A stretch of 63,821 bases of DNA, counting the filler, from Kipferlia bialata (Eukaryota): assembly GCA_003568945.1 (NCBI GenBank). It is 8 parts of 7 records of this genome, joined end to end, with 100 filler letters (N's around TTAATTAATTAA, not from the genome) between each part and the next. Parts side by side here need not be neighbours in the genome. Positions count along the whole stretch, not along the records: positions 43,660 to 53,692 come from BDIP01001509.1; positions 53,793 to 63,821 come from BDIP01001510.1; 6 more parts are not named here. One strand, given 5' to 3'. Below the pieces are notes generated by a model that saw only the letters and a program-made list of their open reading frames with translations, was not told where the DNA came from and made no database searches. The position numbers and the translations under genes were made by a program. Positions within the stretch are counted from its first letter, which is position 1. Each line of letters starts with the position of its first letter. Below, one piece after another: positions 47,190 through 61,700 of this stretch.

Positions 47190-49016
47190 ATGGAGGCCGC
47201 ATCCCTCAACACAAACTGCCTCAAGGCCGAATATGCTGTGAGGGGACCGGTGCCTATTCGTGCCGAGTTGGTTAAGCAGGAGCTTGCGAAGGGGGACCAT
47301 TCCTACAGCTTCGACAAGGTGCTAGAGATGTTTACTCTCCTCGCCAGGTGGCCCAATTCCTCACTTCAGGTTATCCCCTGCAACATCGGGAATCCCCATG
47401 CTCTGAACCAGAAGCCCCTCACCTTCGTACGTTTACTAAGCTTATATATCGTCCACTACATATTTCATGGTAGATATATCTGATTGCAAGGTTCGTGAGG
47501 TTGTGTCCCTTCTTCAGGCCCCGCACCTCCTCGACATCAGCCCATCTCCATTTTCCGCGGCCGCAGTTCAGGTATGCACCGGCGTTGTCTATTGTTAGTG
47601 TGGTATACTGCATTAATTAATATCAGTGCGACATTCTCTTCAAACGTTATGGGTAATACCATTCTTATACTAGAGAGCTCGTGCTTTCATGGACAAGGTT
47701 CCTGCTGGGGTTGGGGCCTACACCCACTCGCAGGGGTATGCCCATGTGAGACAAGAGGTTGCAGACTTTCTCGAGAGGAGAGATGGCCACTCTGCCTGCA
47801 TATCTGACATTTACCTAACAGACGGAGCTAGTGCCGGTGTCAAGATGGTGCTTCAGCTACTGTCTTCAGCAGAGGACCCAGCGAGCACTGGATTCCTTAT
47901 CCCTATTCCCCAGTACCCCCTATACTCTGCGGTCATTGCCTTGCTTGGTGCCACGGCTGTTCCTTACTACCTGGACGAGAGCCGTGACTGGGCAGTTGAC
48001 TTCGAGGCTCTGGACCAGTCTGTGGCTGATGCAGAGGCCAACGGAATATCCATCAAGGCGATCTGTGTTATCAACCCTGGTAACCCCACTGGAAACCTGC
48101 TGGCCAAGACAGACATGCAGCGCATTGTTGACCTTGCGCATGCCAAGGGCATGGTCATCATGGCTGACGAGGTGTACCAGGAGAATGTCTATGGGGAGGG
48201 AGAGGAGTTTGTTTCCTTCAAGAAGGTGGTGCGTGACATGTCAAGTGAGGCTGCCTTGGTATCCTTCCACTCTGTCTCCAAGGGATATTTGGGAGAATGT
48301 GGGTACCGTGGGGGCTACTTTGAGTTGGTCAACATCCCTCTTGCAGTCAGAGACGTGTTCTACAAGCTTGCCAGTATTGGTCTCTGCCCCAAGTAAGTGA
48401 AGATATCGACACCATTGCTGAATTCTCTTTGTATTAGTTTGCACGTAAGAATTTCAGGTATCGTTAGCACAACTGACTCCCAGCACCGCTGGTCAGCTGG
48501 TCGTTTCGGCTATGGTCAATCCCCCGGACTTTGGGGACGAGGGAGAGCTCTTCCAGCAGCAGAAGACCTCCATCCTCGCCTCTCTCAAGCGCCGCGCTGG
48601 ATCTGTCGCCACGGCATTCAATTCTGTTGAGGGCATGTCCTGTGCTAGGGTAGCAGGTGCCCTGTACGCATTCCCATCTGTGGTTCTTCCTCCTGCAGTG
48701 GAGGCCGCCGCCAGCGCTGCTGGACTTGCTGACGCAGACACCCTGTTCTGCATGCGGCTTCTGGAGAGCACTGGTGTATGTGTGGTCCCTGGATCTGGAT
48801 TCGGGCAGGTGCTACTTATTGAAATATCTCCTAATCAAACAAGTGTATTGTTGCTCCTCTGTTGCGTTCTTCAGTTGTATTGGTCTATGTTCTGACTTGC
48901 AGAGAGCTGGAACCCACCACTTCCGCATGACCATTCTCCCTGAGGAGCACCTGATCGAGGAGACCCTCCGTCGTATTGGAGAGTTCTACCTGTCATTCGT
49001 CAAGCAGTACAAGTAA
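47190..49016 (+). CDS. GPT: Alanine aminotransferase (PLP-dependent)
   Basis: YAVRGP, NIGNP, GAYTHSQG, PIPQYPLYSA, INPGNPTG, ADEVYQEN, SFHSVSKGYLGECGYRGGY, VPGSGFGQ, HFRMTILP. Confidence 0.95.
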
Positions 49017-52000
49017 TCCCACGTCTATTACGATATGGGAACGTGTGGTGTCTATTCAGGTGTTCTACTCTCGCTATTGACTTCTGTATGCATGGAAATA
49101 GACAATTATTGAGATAGCGTAGCAGTATTTTGTTCTTTTGACTCCTCTATGGTATTTTAATAATGCAGAATGAGAAGAATCACGACAATGCGTGGGAAGA
49201 GACGGCCGGAAATAGCGCCCTATTTTAGTACTATATTCGTTTGGTGAATAGAGTTGACCACTTAGAACAACTTAGACTAACTATCGTGAAACATATACTT
49301 AGGAAGAACTAGATCTATAAACTATCATACTAGAATGTATCGATACCGCATTTTTATTGTATAAACAGATCGTTCAGAGCTGGCTACAGACTGCAGCCAG
49401 TAGATCTACTGCACTTACTCGATAGCCAACGGACTACGCATTTGAATACTTCGATTATCGGAGACAGATAGTTTCTCTTGAGTTGTTGCAAGAGTTATAT
49501 ATACCATTGGTCTATTCGCAAAAAATCGTGTACTACTAGTCTGCAACCTGCAGATTCACTTTCTTAGATTCTACTATAATGACCACAACAAGTAGTTTCT
49601 GCTGCAGTAACACCATACTTAGGGCACCGTCAAATTTGGACTTAGCACCTTCTCCTGTTTGGACACCACCTATACATAGGACAGACCAAGTTTCGTACAA
49701 AACGCCGTGCTTGGACAAACCTTACTACTATGCTGGATCTCCAATTTAGTTGAGACTTGCCAAAGAAATTCGGGACACCGTCATTATGATTAGTGTATGC
49801 TCTATCCTTCCTCACATATATGTAGGATGTACTCCAAGTGGAGTTGGAGTACAGTAAGACCACGAGCGGTATCACGTATGTATATATGTATACTATCACA
49901 TGGCCTTGTCACAAGGCTTGTGTAGCGAGTATATAGAGCGTCGAATTGTCAAGTACCATCTCTTACTATAAACTATATTTATCAATAATACCAATTCTTC
50001 CATATTCTCTCATCCACCCTCGATATCCAAATAAATGTGATATAGAACTATGAAATACACATAGGTTAGTGTGTCAGTGCATGGAGTGGCGTAGTGAGAC
50101 AATCAATCCGTCGGCAAACGCATGGAATAGTGGCCCACTCACTTGTTAGAAGGTAGAAGACGGTACCAGAAGGGAATGGGGGCGACATTCCACTCGTCCA
50201 CCAGGTGGACTTCACCTCATCATGTGTCTTCTTGACGAACATCTTAGCATCCCTATTCCTGTCGTAGTTGGTCTTGTCATATTTGAGGTATACATATGCA
50301 TAGGTCTCTGCGTTGAACTATCTACGCGAAGGCGTTTTACGATCGACCTCCCGTATTATGCTGCTATGTTCCTGATTCTGACAAGGGTAGAGTCTTGTTC
50401 AACACCCGCAACTAGTAATAATGTACCCTCATCTGCCTCATCTTGTTAGGCGAAATGAATGAAGATGTAATCCAACGGATTGGAAGCGAATGAATAGAGA
50501 GAACGAGAACTTCCAAGAACTTCCAAGACTTCTCATTCGTCCCTTTGACATATATGGTCCAATACTTAGCATCCCCATCTGCATCTACTCCCACTTAACA
50601 GAAATGTAAAAGCAGATATTGACACACGTGGAATGAATGTATCTTGTATCCATGTCACATGGATATGAGAATACCCATCTTACCGTCTGTTATGCCTACT
50701 TCATTTCTTCCTCAGTAGTAGGGAGGGACTGGACTTCATACCAACTTAGGCAGCGCATTATAGACCATACTGTAGCCATTGTGGGATCTAGTATGAAGAG
50801 TTGTGATGTTTTACGCGGTTGTACTGGGAATTCTTCTCAGTCCCGAGATCTGGAAGTAGTTGTCGTGTGGAGTGGTAACTTGTAGGCCTATTAGTATGGC
50901 GGAATTACTATCATAAGCAGTCCTGGGAGTCCCAATCTGGGTCGTCGCCAATTCAATATGTGTTTTCAAAGTGGTTTATTCCTCATCCGAACCCCTAGAC
51001 CGTGAATCAGGGAGAACTACTGTACCATGAGGATACTATCCCCACTATCTCAGCCTCTTGGAAGCAGTCTACTGATATTCTCCCCCTCCACTAAGGTCTA
51101 GGTTATTCTAACCAGGAATCCAAAGCAACCTAAGTTGACAGCGTCAAATTGACACCATTCAACTACACGAGAGAGCAAACATGGCTATATTACATGGTTA
51201 GGCTATGCATCTTCGTTGAAGACTGTTGCTTGAAAACAGTTTTGAAAGGAGACGGAAGTTGGTTACTGCTACACATAATTTGTATATACAGATAGTATTC
51301 CTATATGATTTTACGCATACATAGGTAATTATTAAATATATGTATATATACGCAGTGGAAAGGTACCTAAGACCCAGAGAGGCAGTGCCTCTAAGCGGTA
51401 GGCTTAGCTGTTGTAGCGCAGGGAGCTAGGTCTTTTATTGCTCATAGGCTAGAAACCACAATATCACTAACCCCAGTTGATGGGACCGGAGTGCATGGCA
51501 TGACGGCACAAGATGCTCAACAAGAATCAAACGGGGATGATACACACACCTACACATAAAATGAACAGAATGGGTACAATGCACAAAGGGACTTACAACC
51601 CCAGTAGAATCACTATCTAGGTTGTAACGACGTTCAATTGCATTGTCACTTGCTTAAAATCAAACACAAAATGGCATGTAACAAGCTAAGAATCTCAACT
51701 TGAGATTTTTTAGAATCGCGTAGCTAAATGGATTATCACTTGGGATAGCGGTATCATGAAGCATCCCAAGAGATCAGTCTGATCTGATCATCAGATGTGG
51801 ACATACACCAGGGAACGACGTGACAGGATCATTGATAGAGAAATCACGATGAAAGGTCGTTCGCCCGAAACACACACAGTTTCTATCATGTGAAACGCAT
51901 CATTGAATGATAATAACAATTAGGAAAATTAAACAAATACATTAGTATATTTTACCAAGAGCTAGAACACGACTTCATGTCCTAAAAAGAATCTATTGCT

Positions 52001-52017
52001 CCGCTCTGGATCATGTC

Positions 52018-53099
52018 CTAAAAAGAGTCTGCCAAGGCAGTCAGAATTGATATAATACTGGATATTCCATCGAGAGCGTCCTGGTCAGGCCCTTCCATCC
52101 CCGGAATTGTGATAGCTTTCAACTTCGAGCAACACCAACCATTGACTTCACTATCCCCCACACTCTCATGTAAATCAGAGGAGAAATGTTTGCCCTTCAA
52201 CAATTGCTTGGTATACGTGTGGCCAAAATCAATTAGTTTCACCACTGGGGGAGCGTCTGAGTTCGAGTCCAGGGCTATCAACAGCGAGCATGACCACAGT
52301 CTCAATCCCGGAACGGACTTAATGGCCTCAAACATCCCCTTGAATACCATAACAGCAGATAAACACGCATCTCTCGGATTCAGATGCGCCCCGAAGAAGA
52401 TTTTCAGCAAACCAATAAAACAGTCTCGAGTTGCATATCTCACAGAATACTTGTCAATGGAATGCATTTCACCTGACCTCTCGGTAATAACATATCCACA
52501 ACTTCTGAGACCAATATCACTTGACAAAGAGGCATCTCGCTTTGCGGTATGACTGGCAATCTTAGAGGGAGCAGCATCTAGCCCCCAGGTCCTGCGCCCA
52601 AGCTGTAAAGGTAAGGAGGCAATTTGAGCAAATATCCCAGGGCAAAACCCTTATACATACTCACCTTAATATCCGTCACACAAGGACAGTTCATCCCATG
52701 GGTGAGGTCCTGCAGTGCCACCCGATCTGATATAAGCAGTTGGTATAGGGAGGACGGTACTGACCAAACATACATGACGGATGCCTAACACATCGAACTG
52801 TGTCAGAGTGCACAGGGGCACATACTGGATTTCCAAAGGAATCAGTCACTCCCTCAAATCTGACGTAAGCCTCAAGGTAGGGAAGGGGTGTGTGAGAGAT
52901 ATTCACAGTGAATGTCATGATGAGGACTCATGGTCGCACAATATAAGGGGTACCTTGGGATGAATGGCAACAATTGGGGAGGAGCATGGGTATAGAACAA
53001 GTGCTCCAGACTGATGAGCGGCTTAAGAACAACACCAGCACGCAACGGGCTGTGGTGAAGATCGAGGTGACCAGACACTTGCACTAAACTACCATCCAT
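52018..53099 (-). CDS. Inositol polyphosphate kinase (IPK/IPMK family)
   Basis: QVSGH; LQDLTHGMNCPCVTDIK|LGRRTW (PxxxDxKxG); GLRSCG; SCSLLI; KLIDFGH. Confidence 0.88.
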
Positions 53100-53692
53100 G
53101 TGGTGTCAATAAGAAGTATTAATATGGTGGGAAAAGAGGAATCTCTGTTTTTGGTTCGGCTATCAAGCCTAGCCCCTTATGTGTCATATTTGAGTTTAGT
53201 AAGTAGTGACAGTATCACTGATACTAACACTAGTATATGCATAGAGTTCGTATAATATGCATTGAATTGAGTACATTTTATCTTACCATGTCTAGATATT
53301 TTCAAATGGTTATGTCAATGACATTGTTGGAGCGTTAGGATGACCGCTGGAATAATTGTATGATCAAAGAGCCATAATTCAAGGTCTCAAAACTTGCTCT
53401 TCATTCATATTGAGGTCAATATTTCTCGAAAATTGACCTCAATCTATTCCTGTCGTTCATGAAAGACACAGTATTACTAGTAAGTATAAATATCTATTTT
53501 TGTTTGAATTACTAGTAGTATCAGTACAACTTCATTCAATAAATTAAATATTAATATTTAATAGCCTAGTCCCCCAAAACACGACTCCTACCCTGTATGT
53601 TTCAGGGTTCCTGTTTTTGTGTGATTTTGTGAGGAGCAAGGCCTTGGTGATCTTCACACTAATCACATGATCACCAGGCCACCCAGTATTTG

Positions 53693-53792
53693 NNNNNNNN
53701 NNNNNNNNNNNNNNNNNNNNNNNNNNNNNNNNNNNNTTAATTAATTAANNNNNNNNNNNNNNNNNNNNNNNNNNNNNNNNNNNNNNNNNNNN
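53693..53792. other. Artificial scaffold spacer
   Basis: N-TTAATTAATTAA-N. Confidence 0.97.
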
Positions 53793-55875
53793 CATTGTCA
53801 CGGCCTAGGTTGTAGTAGCTGTCCTTGACGGCGTCGTGTCTCCCTGTATATATCTGTTTAGAACCAATAAATCAGGACTACGTCCTTTTGTTGTTGATAG
53901 TTTTTGCATTGTCATCATCATCAAGCATGCTGTACTTCTGACCCCCTTAGGTATTCCTGTGACATACATTGGGTGAGTTAGGTGATATATATCTTGGGGA
54001 GAGCTCTGCTACAGATATAGAAGAGCAGGGCTATCCCCATTATATCTTAAAAGCTGTATTGATTATATATCTGACAGAGCTGCTCACATACACATACATA
54101 CAAATAATATTATATACTTACATACACTCCGCTCCTCCACCTACTCATTGTCCATATTACACCATATGTGTATATGGCCTGATATATCCTCTAGTACCCT
54201 ATCGTACCTCAACTATATGCATACCCCCCCCCCCCAAACATTTCACGCCTTCAATGCTGTCACTATCTATCTCTCTCTCTATCTATCTATTCATATACCT
54301 ACCTCAGCACTCCAGTCTCAAACGGTACCCCTGCTTCGGTCAGGGCTCGTCAAGGTGTGTGTTGGCTACTCTCTCTCTGTACGCCCTATATGGGCACCCC
54401 ATCCACACACACCCTCCTCTCTCTCTCTCTTTCTCTCTCTCTCTCGCTGTGCCTGCTATATATTCAGACTCACACACTTCTGTACATATGATGTGTACAC
54501 AACATAAACTATCCACTGTCTCTCTATCCTCTACCCTGTGCCTGCATGTATACACACAATCCACTCACTTTCTCCTACCATTTACACTTGACACTCTTAC
54601 CCCCAGTGATACACCCTCTCTCAGCCTCTTTCTCTCTCTCAATATCTAAATATAATATATACCCCCCTCTCCCATCTTGCTCCCACAATATTGTCACTCA
54701 CTCCAAGCTCTAGCCACCAGTATCCTCGGCCACAGTCACGGTTGAGCAAGGTGATACACTACATGTATATATCAATACATATACTCTACATAGAACATCC
54801 TCTTACCCTGACTGCAGATGCTTCGGTCTCTATCTCCCCCTTTTGACTCTCACTCTCTCTCTCTGCCATGACGTGTACACCACACTTCACTTTGCCTCTC
54901 TCTCAACCAGCCCCAGTACGACATGGAGTAGTATACCTGGCATTGCAAATATATATAGTAGATAGTATAGTATAATATAGAGTGAAATGTATAGTGTATA
55001 ATATAGTATTGCCTCTCTCTCCACCAGCCCTAGTACGACCCCCCCCCCCCCTCTTCCGATTTCCTCCCCTCTTCTACCGAATGAAAATAGACTGCCCCCC
55101 ACAATGTCAATTAGTAGTATTATAGTGATTAATAATAAATAATATGCATTGATATTACACTTCTTCAATAGTTGATCTTCGAGACAGACCCAGGTACCGA
55201 AAATACCCCCCCCCCCACCCCCCACACACACCCTATTCCATCACACACCCGACTCTCTCTCTCTCTCTCTCTCTCCCCCCCTTCAACCCCCTTCCACATA
55301 CCCCCTATTCCATCACACACCCTGACACACCAGTGTGACACACATGAGAGAGAGGCCGAGAGACAGAGAGGTGGACGGTGTTCCTTGGTACACTATGCAT
55401 GCTAAGCTCCCAGGTATTCGAGTATAGATATATGTATACATTGTGTATGTGTGAAGACAGAGACTATGTATGCTAAACCTCCAGGTATATGACTCATATA
55501 CCTTATATGAGTATGTATGCATGTAGATGTACTGAAGGGTCCTATGTCTATTCCTGCCTCTAGTTCACTCAAAAGTCATCATTCAAAACTCATGACAGGC
55601 ACGTTTAGTATCTGTGTTACCTACTGAAACATACAACTATACCACGTTGATTACTGACACCAGTGATCTATCTTTATATATTCATTTATCTCCACTCGTT
55701 AGCCAGAGTAGGGAGCATATATAGCCATATAATCCACCCTCACTTTCTATGTGGCAGTGAACACTATTCCATAACGGTAGAGTACTTATCTCTAGGTATA
55801 GGTTCTACTTCTGATACTGTCATCAGTATCAGTATTGAATATATATAGATGTTGTATTATATATATTACCCCCAG

Positions 55876-58112
55876 GAATAGGGTCAGGTCATGAGCAGAG
55901 TGCTGATTCGATTTCTGTGGTCAACATAGGTAAGAATTATATACTTCATTCTTAATCGCACTGTCTGGTGTGTATAAGTATATGGATTCATATATATATA
56001 TGTCTATGTGTATAAGTATATGTATTCATATATATGTATTGACATATATATATATATATATATATATATCGAATGCGGTGCTGCTAGATATCTTTGTATT
56101 GGTCAACATTGGTAGGTTCTATACATACAACAGTGTTGATATCTATATTGTCAGAGTGAGCCTGATATCAGGTCATTACACTACCATGCTGACATTTGTA
56201 TTATTCATTATCATATACGTATATGGATTGTCTTACTGTACATACATACATTGAAAACATGATTCAATACCATCTTGTAGGCGTAGTAGTATTGCTGTAT
56301 GTTTTGTTGTGTTTGTAATAGTAATAGTAATAGTAGTATGTGTGTGTGACTTGCACACTGATATCAGGTCATAACACTGCCATGCTGACATACCATCAAT
56401 CAGGGGATGATAATGTGTATGTATGTGAATATACACTATTAGTTATGTATATATATCCTACACACTCTGTACTGGTTCTGTAAATCTCATTGTAGGCCAT
56501 AACACTGCCATGCTGACATACCATCTGTCAGGGGGTGATGATGTTATACAGAAGTGGTGCATGCTCACTCTCAATGATGACTATACCATTGGGACAGAGG
56601 AGATCACAGGTATCTAAGGACAGACTTATAAGGGATTTTTATTATATTATTATGTTATATACTTATTCTCTGCTATGTTAGTCCATAGGGAATTGAATAT
56701 GCAATAGAGAAGAGAGTTTCCATAGTATATTTCACTTCTGATACCATTAAGACAGACGATAGCACAGGTATCCATGTGCGAGTACCACCATGTCTATTGA
56801 AATACTAAAATACTATATAGAGACTAATCTCTGATGCCCCCCACCCCATAACTCCTCTCTCTCTGATTATATATACCTCTCGGTGTCTCTCTCTGTCTCT
56901 CTCTCTCTCCCTCCGTTGCACTTATGCTAGGCCCTCCCAACCCCCAAGGTGTCGTTAAGATTACCTTTACTAGGGTAGGGGAGGTTGTAGTGGCCTATGG
57001 GGGTAGGGTACTAAAGATGACCACGAGTGACTCCATGATAGAGAACCAGTCTCATCGTGGTACTGATACTGACGGAGAGTTGTACGAGGACGTTTGGTTC
57101 ATGTCTGTGTACTCTATTGACACAGCACAATGGGAGGCTGTTCCTTGTGTGCAAGGGTGTCCCACCCCAGATGAGCGTCCAAGAGTTTTTGGTGTCGGTG
57201 ACACATTGGTGGTCAATATACGGGGGCCACGTTCGGAGATATGCACGAAGTATGATAACATACTGTCTAGGCAACCAACTGTACGTGTATGTGTATATAT
57301 CATATATATATATCATATATATATCATATATATTTCCACCTTTGCCCCCTAGGAATCATGGGAGTGGTCTCTGGAGACTAGACCCCACTGTCTCTCTCTA
57401 TGTGTGTATATATACTGTGTAACGATATTCACTCTATGTATCTTCTAACCTCTCAGGAGACGTGGGAGTGGTCACTGGAGACTAGGTCTCTCTCTCTCTC
57501 TCTCTGTGTGTCTATTACTTATCACTAGCTGACGTGGGAGTGGTCTCTGGAGACTAGGCTTTGGACCCAGTGCGGTGACGGTCCGCCGTACCATAGTACT
57601 CGAGGTCAGACTGTCTTATTCATATATAGTATAGTACTTCCATTTCCTTGTTTACTGAACAATTTCATCAATTCATTACATTTGGCCTAAGTATACTAAT
57701 GTAAATAGGATTTACTGCTGGGGCCTGCCACCATATATATGATGGCTCGGATCATACAGTGTACAGCAACAGGAAGTGGTTGGAAGAGTACTATGATGAT
57801 GGCTACTTCGGGAGTCTCTTTAGTGTTCATATGTACGGAGAGTATAATCTTAGATCTCGTCGCGTGCCAATGGGGAGGAAGAGAGGCCGAAGGAAGTACG
57901 TACACGGACTGGTACTAGGAGATATTGTGTCCCTGGAACAGGTTCCACTTGCCCTGCTTCCAGACATTGAGCCAACGTACAGGAAACTACTAGATTACTT
58001 TAGGACTGTGATGCTGAACCCCTATACTCTGTTGCTAGTGGCGTCAGAGGTAGTCCTGATGGTGGATATCGACCCCAGGTTCCTAGGACCAGAGATAGCT
58101 CTTGTGTTGTAG
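55876..58112 (+). CDS. Divergent kelch-like family protein, multi-exon, 5' end uncertain
   Basis: SVVNI|GHNTAMLT; FTRVGEVVVAYGG; WFMSVYSIDTAQWEAVP; FGVGDTLVV; WEWSLET; VMLNPYTLLLV..VDIDP. Confidence 0.65.
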
Positions 58113-58712
58113 GGTACAGGCTGTACCGTACAGCACATTTCAAGTGGGACTGTAGTTGCCGTGATATTCATCGCTCTGATGATGGTTGTATATACATAGA
58201 AATTATATGACAGAATGCATGACTAGGGGTGCTTATTGAGTCCGTAGACTAGTATAGAGAATGTTCTCAGAATACATATATGGGAATACTCTGTACACTA
58301 TATATTTATACAATCACCAACGCCAAGGACGATACGCCATTGTGTTTGTAGACATATAGCCTCGTGTTTTGGGCTCCAGCCCCAGCGAATATGTTTGTCA
58401 CGTAAAACAATATATTATAGTAGGAACTCCTTCCGTCTCTTTCTCTGACTCGCTCTCTCTCTATTAGCTAGAGTAGTTCTACCGGTCCAAGCAGCGTAGG
58501 ATCGATCCCCACCAGTATGATCTCTTTCTCTCTCTCTCTCTCTGAGTACCAGTATTTTGTATTTTTTGTCACAATGACACTGTCATTATCTCATACTCAC
58601 ATCGAGTAGTACTCCGTTCCAAGCAAGGAAGAGACTATATCCACCAAAACAGTCTCTCTTTCTCTCTCTATCTCTCTCTCTCAGAATCAGTATCAAATAC
58701 TGATACTCACAT

Positions 58713-61700
58713 TCAGTGGTACTCCGGTCCAAGCAGGGCAGGGTCTATCTCCACCAGTACTGATGTATCTGTAGCAACTGACAGCATAGTAGTTGGGCTC
58801 AGCATGACTGTCTTGGACTGAACCAGGTACCTTAGAGTGAGTATAGTTATATACTGAATGCTACACTCGGAGTATATTCATATATATAGTCAGAATATGT
58901 AAATACATAGTGTACTAGGCTGACAATGACTGTCTTGGTCTGCACTAGGTACCTAAACATTAGAGAGGGGAGGGGGGAACCAAGACTCCACACTATACAC
59001 TGATATCCAATGTCGAATAGTGAGTAAACTAGTTCTAGATGTGAATATGAACCCAGTGTACGAAAATCAGCTGCCTAGCACTAAGTGATAGGGGGCAAGG
59101 ACCATTGACACATAAGACCAATGAAAACCAACACAGCATATGTCTGTATACATATGATATTGTATATTTACCTCAGCTGTCTGGCACTGAGTGGCAGAGG
59201 GGGCAGGGGTCTTGGCTCATTGGACACAGGGTCACAGAGGTAGAACCTAGTATTGGATTGTATAACTATATAACAGAAAACACCATTTAACAAATAGTAA
59301 CACTACAATATATATGTATATGACACAGGGTCACACAGGTAGAACCTATGGAGTAAGAGTGTGTATATGTAGCAATACTATAACATATACGTAGTATTTA
59401 GACATATACTACACTATATAGACACCACGGGACACAGCGTCACACAGGTAAAGCCTATCAAGTGAATGTACAACTATACTACTGGTCACATTTCAAGTCA
59501 CACATATGTAATGCATCCTCACACCTCTGCACCCCCTTGCTAGTCTTCAGGCACCACTTGGTCACTGAAAACAAGCGGTATCGTCTACACACTGCAATAC
59601 ATTTCCGTACATACTTCAACACACACACATATATGTATATATACATATACAAGTATATATGTATATACCTCTGTACCCCCTTGCTAGTCTTCCGGCACCA
59701 CTTGGTCACTGCCATCAGCTGGTTATGTCCATACAGTGGGACAGCCAGTAGGGTTCGGACAGTGGGGTCACCCATATCTATGGGGGTCTAGTGATGAGAA
59801 TTGTGCGAACGATATATATATATACATTGTCAGGCTGGCTAAGCCAGCATTACCTTTGTCCACTTTCTGTCCTTGTATGCCAGGTGTGCATCACTCTATA
59901 TATACAAGTATAGAGTGAAATATCTAGGTCTAGTGACTTCACAGGTCCTTGGCTTTGTCCACTCTAAACAGTGAATCTATATGCCTAACATACACAATAA
60001 TAACAGTTGATATATATACAGACATATATAGCCCCTACTTTTGTCCACTTCCTATCCTTGTATGCCAGGTGGGCATCACTGTAGATGTGGTGGGTGCCGT
60101 GGAAGGTTGCTCCACTTGGGGTTAGAGTCTCTACCAAATATCCGTCCGAATATATGATATGCAGCAAGCCTTTCGCCCGTGTAGAAGTGTATTAGTATGT
60201 GTGTGTGAAGACCACATGTCTTGTTTGGCTCGACATTGCCCATGCACCGTGTCCACTATATACGTGTATAAGAGTGACTATATATAGAAAGACACTAGGA
60301 TTTCAAGGCTTCCTTGTCATATCATGCACATATGTATATGTTCCCATTTACCTTGTCTTGCCAGACATGGCCATACACTGTATACACTGTTCATATACAA
60401 TAGACATATACATATATATATACATATGTACCTTGTCTTGCTAGACATTGCCCTAGGACAGTCCATGCACACATTGTCCAGTATAGACGCTATATATACT
60501 ACTTTCATAACATATATATCACTGTATGTATGTATATACATATACACCTTGTCTTGCCGGACATTGCTATCGGACAGTCCATGCACCTAGTCCAGTATAG
60601 ACGCTAAATATCAACTATTATATCATCTATAACACTATAATACAATATATATACATATGCACCTTGTCTTGCTAGACATGGCCCTCGGACAGTCCATGCA
60701 CCGTGTCCCCAGCCATCATGTCAAACGATGTATATACTACTAACATAACATCTATACAACCATAATATACATATATATATGTGTGTGTTAAATATGCCTT
60801 GTCTTGCTGGACATTGCCCTCGGACAGTCCATGCACCGTGTCCACTGTCTGGTGTCTAGAGAGTATTCCCATGTCAGCATCGGGGACACAACGTCAGGGG
60901 GGTGCTGGTTACCACCTGCTATTAGCATACATACGCACCTACTATTATGTATATATATGATAGTATAGTATACTATATGGAGGTCAAGAAGAGTATGGGA
61001 GAGACAACGTCAGGGTGCTGGTTGCCACCTGTCAGAGTGAGGTTTACCAATAATGTAAATACACGCAATCATACACATATTCGCCCTCAGTAGTATCCTA
61101 CCTACCACCACCAGTATGTTTCCTATGCCAAACAGACACGTCAGACAGATTGTTAAATTAATAATATAATAATTGAATACAAAGAAAGATTGATGATATT
61201 ACCTACCACCACCAGCATGTTTCCTATCCCAAACAGACATGACCAACAGATTGTTAAACTAATTATCAATATAATACTATATATTATTTAATTTTACTAA
61301 TTATCAATATAATAACTAAATACAAAGAATTATTGATGATATTACCTACAACTACTAATGTGTTTCCTATCCCAAACAGACATGACCAACAGAGTGGCTC
61401 AGGGGACAGGTCACCCTCGGTGTATGGTACACTCTCCCACTCTCCTGTGGTTAGGGTTTCAGAATTATAGATACAAGGCCTTGTATAGTATGGTAAAATA
61501 CTATACATCTGTAGAAATAGCAAAGTTCACTTTCATATACATATATTATATATTACTATATTTTGTAAACACAATGTACAAAATTATTGAAACCCTACCT
61601 GTTGCTATGGTGTACACAGCCATGAACCACCTGGGTATGCTATCATCATACTCCTCTCTCTCTGCCTCTATGGGGTTCAGGGTGTGCCCTCCATAGGCCA

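Noticed and set aside
52578..52665. Apparent stop or frameshift in the IPK gene
   Set aside because: Resolved by a GT-AG intron that yields DIK|LGRRTW in frame.
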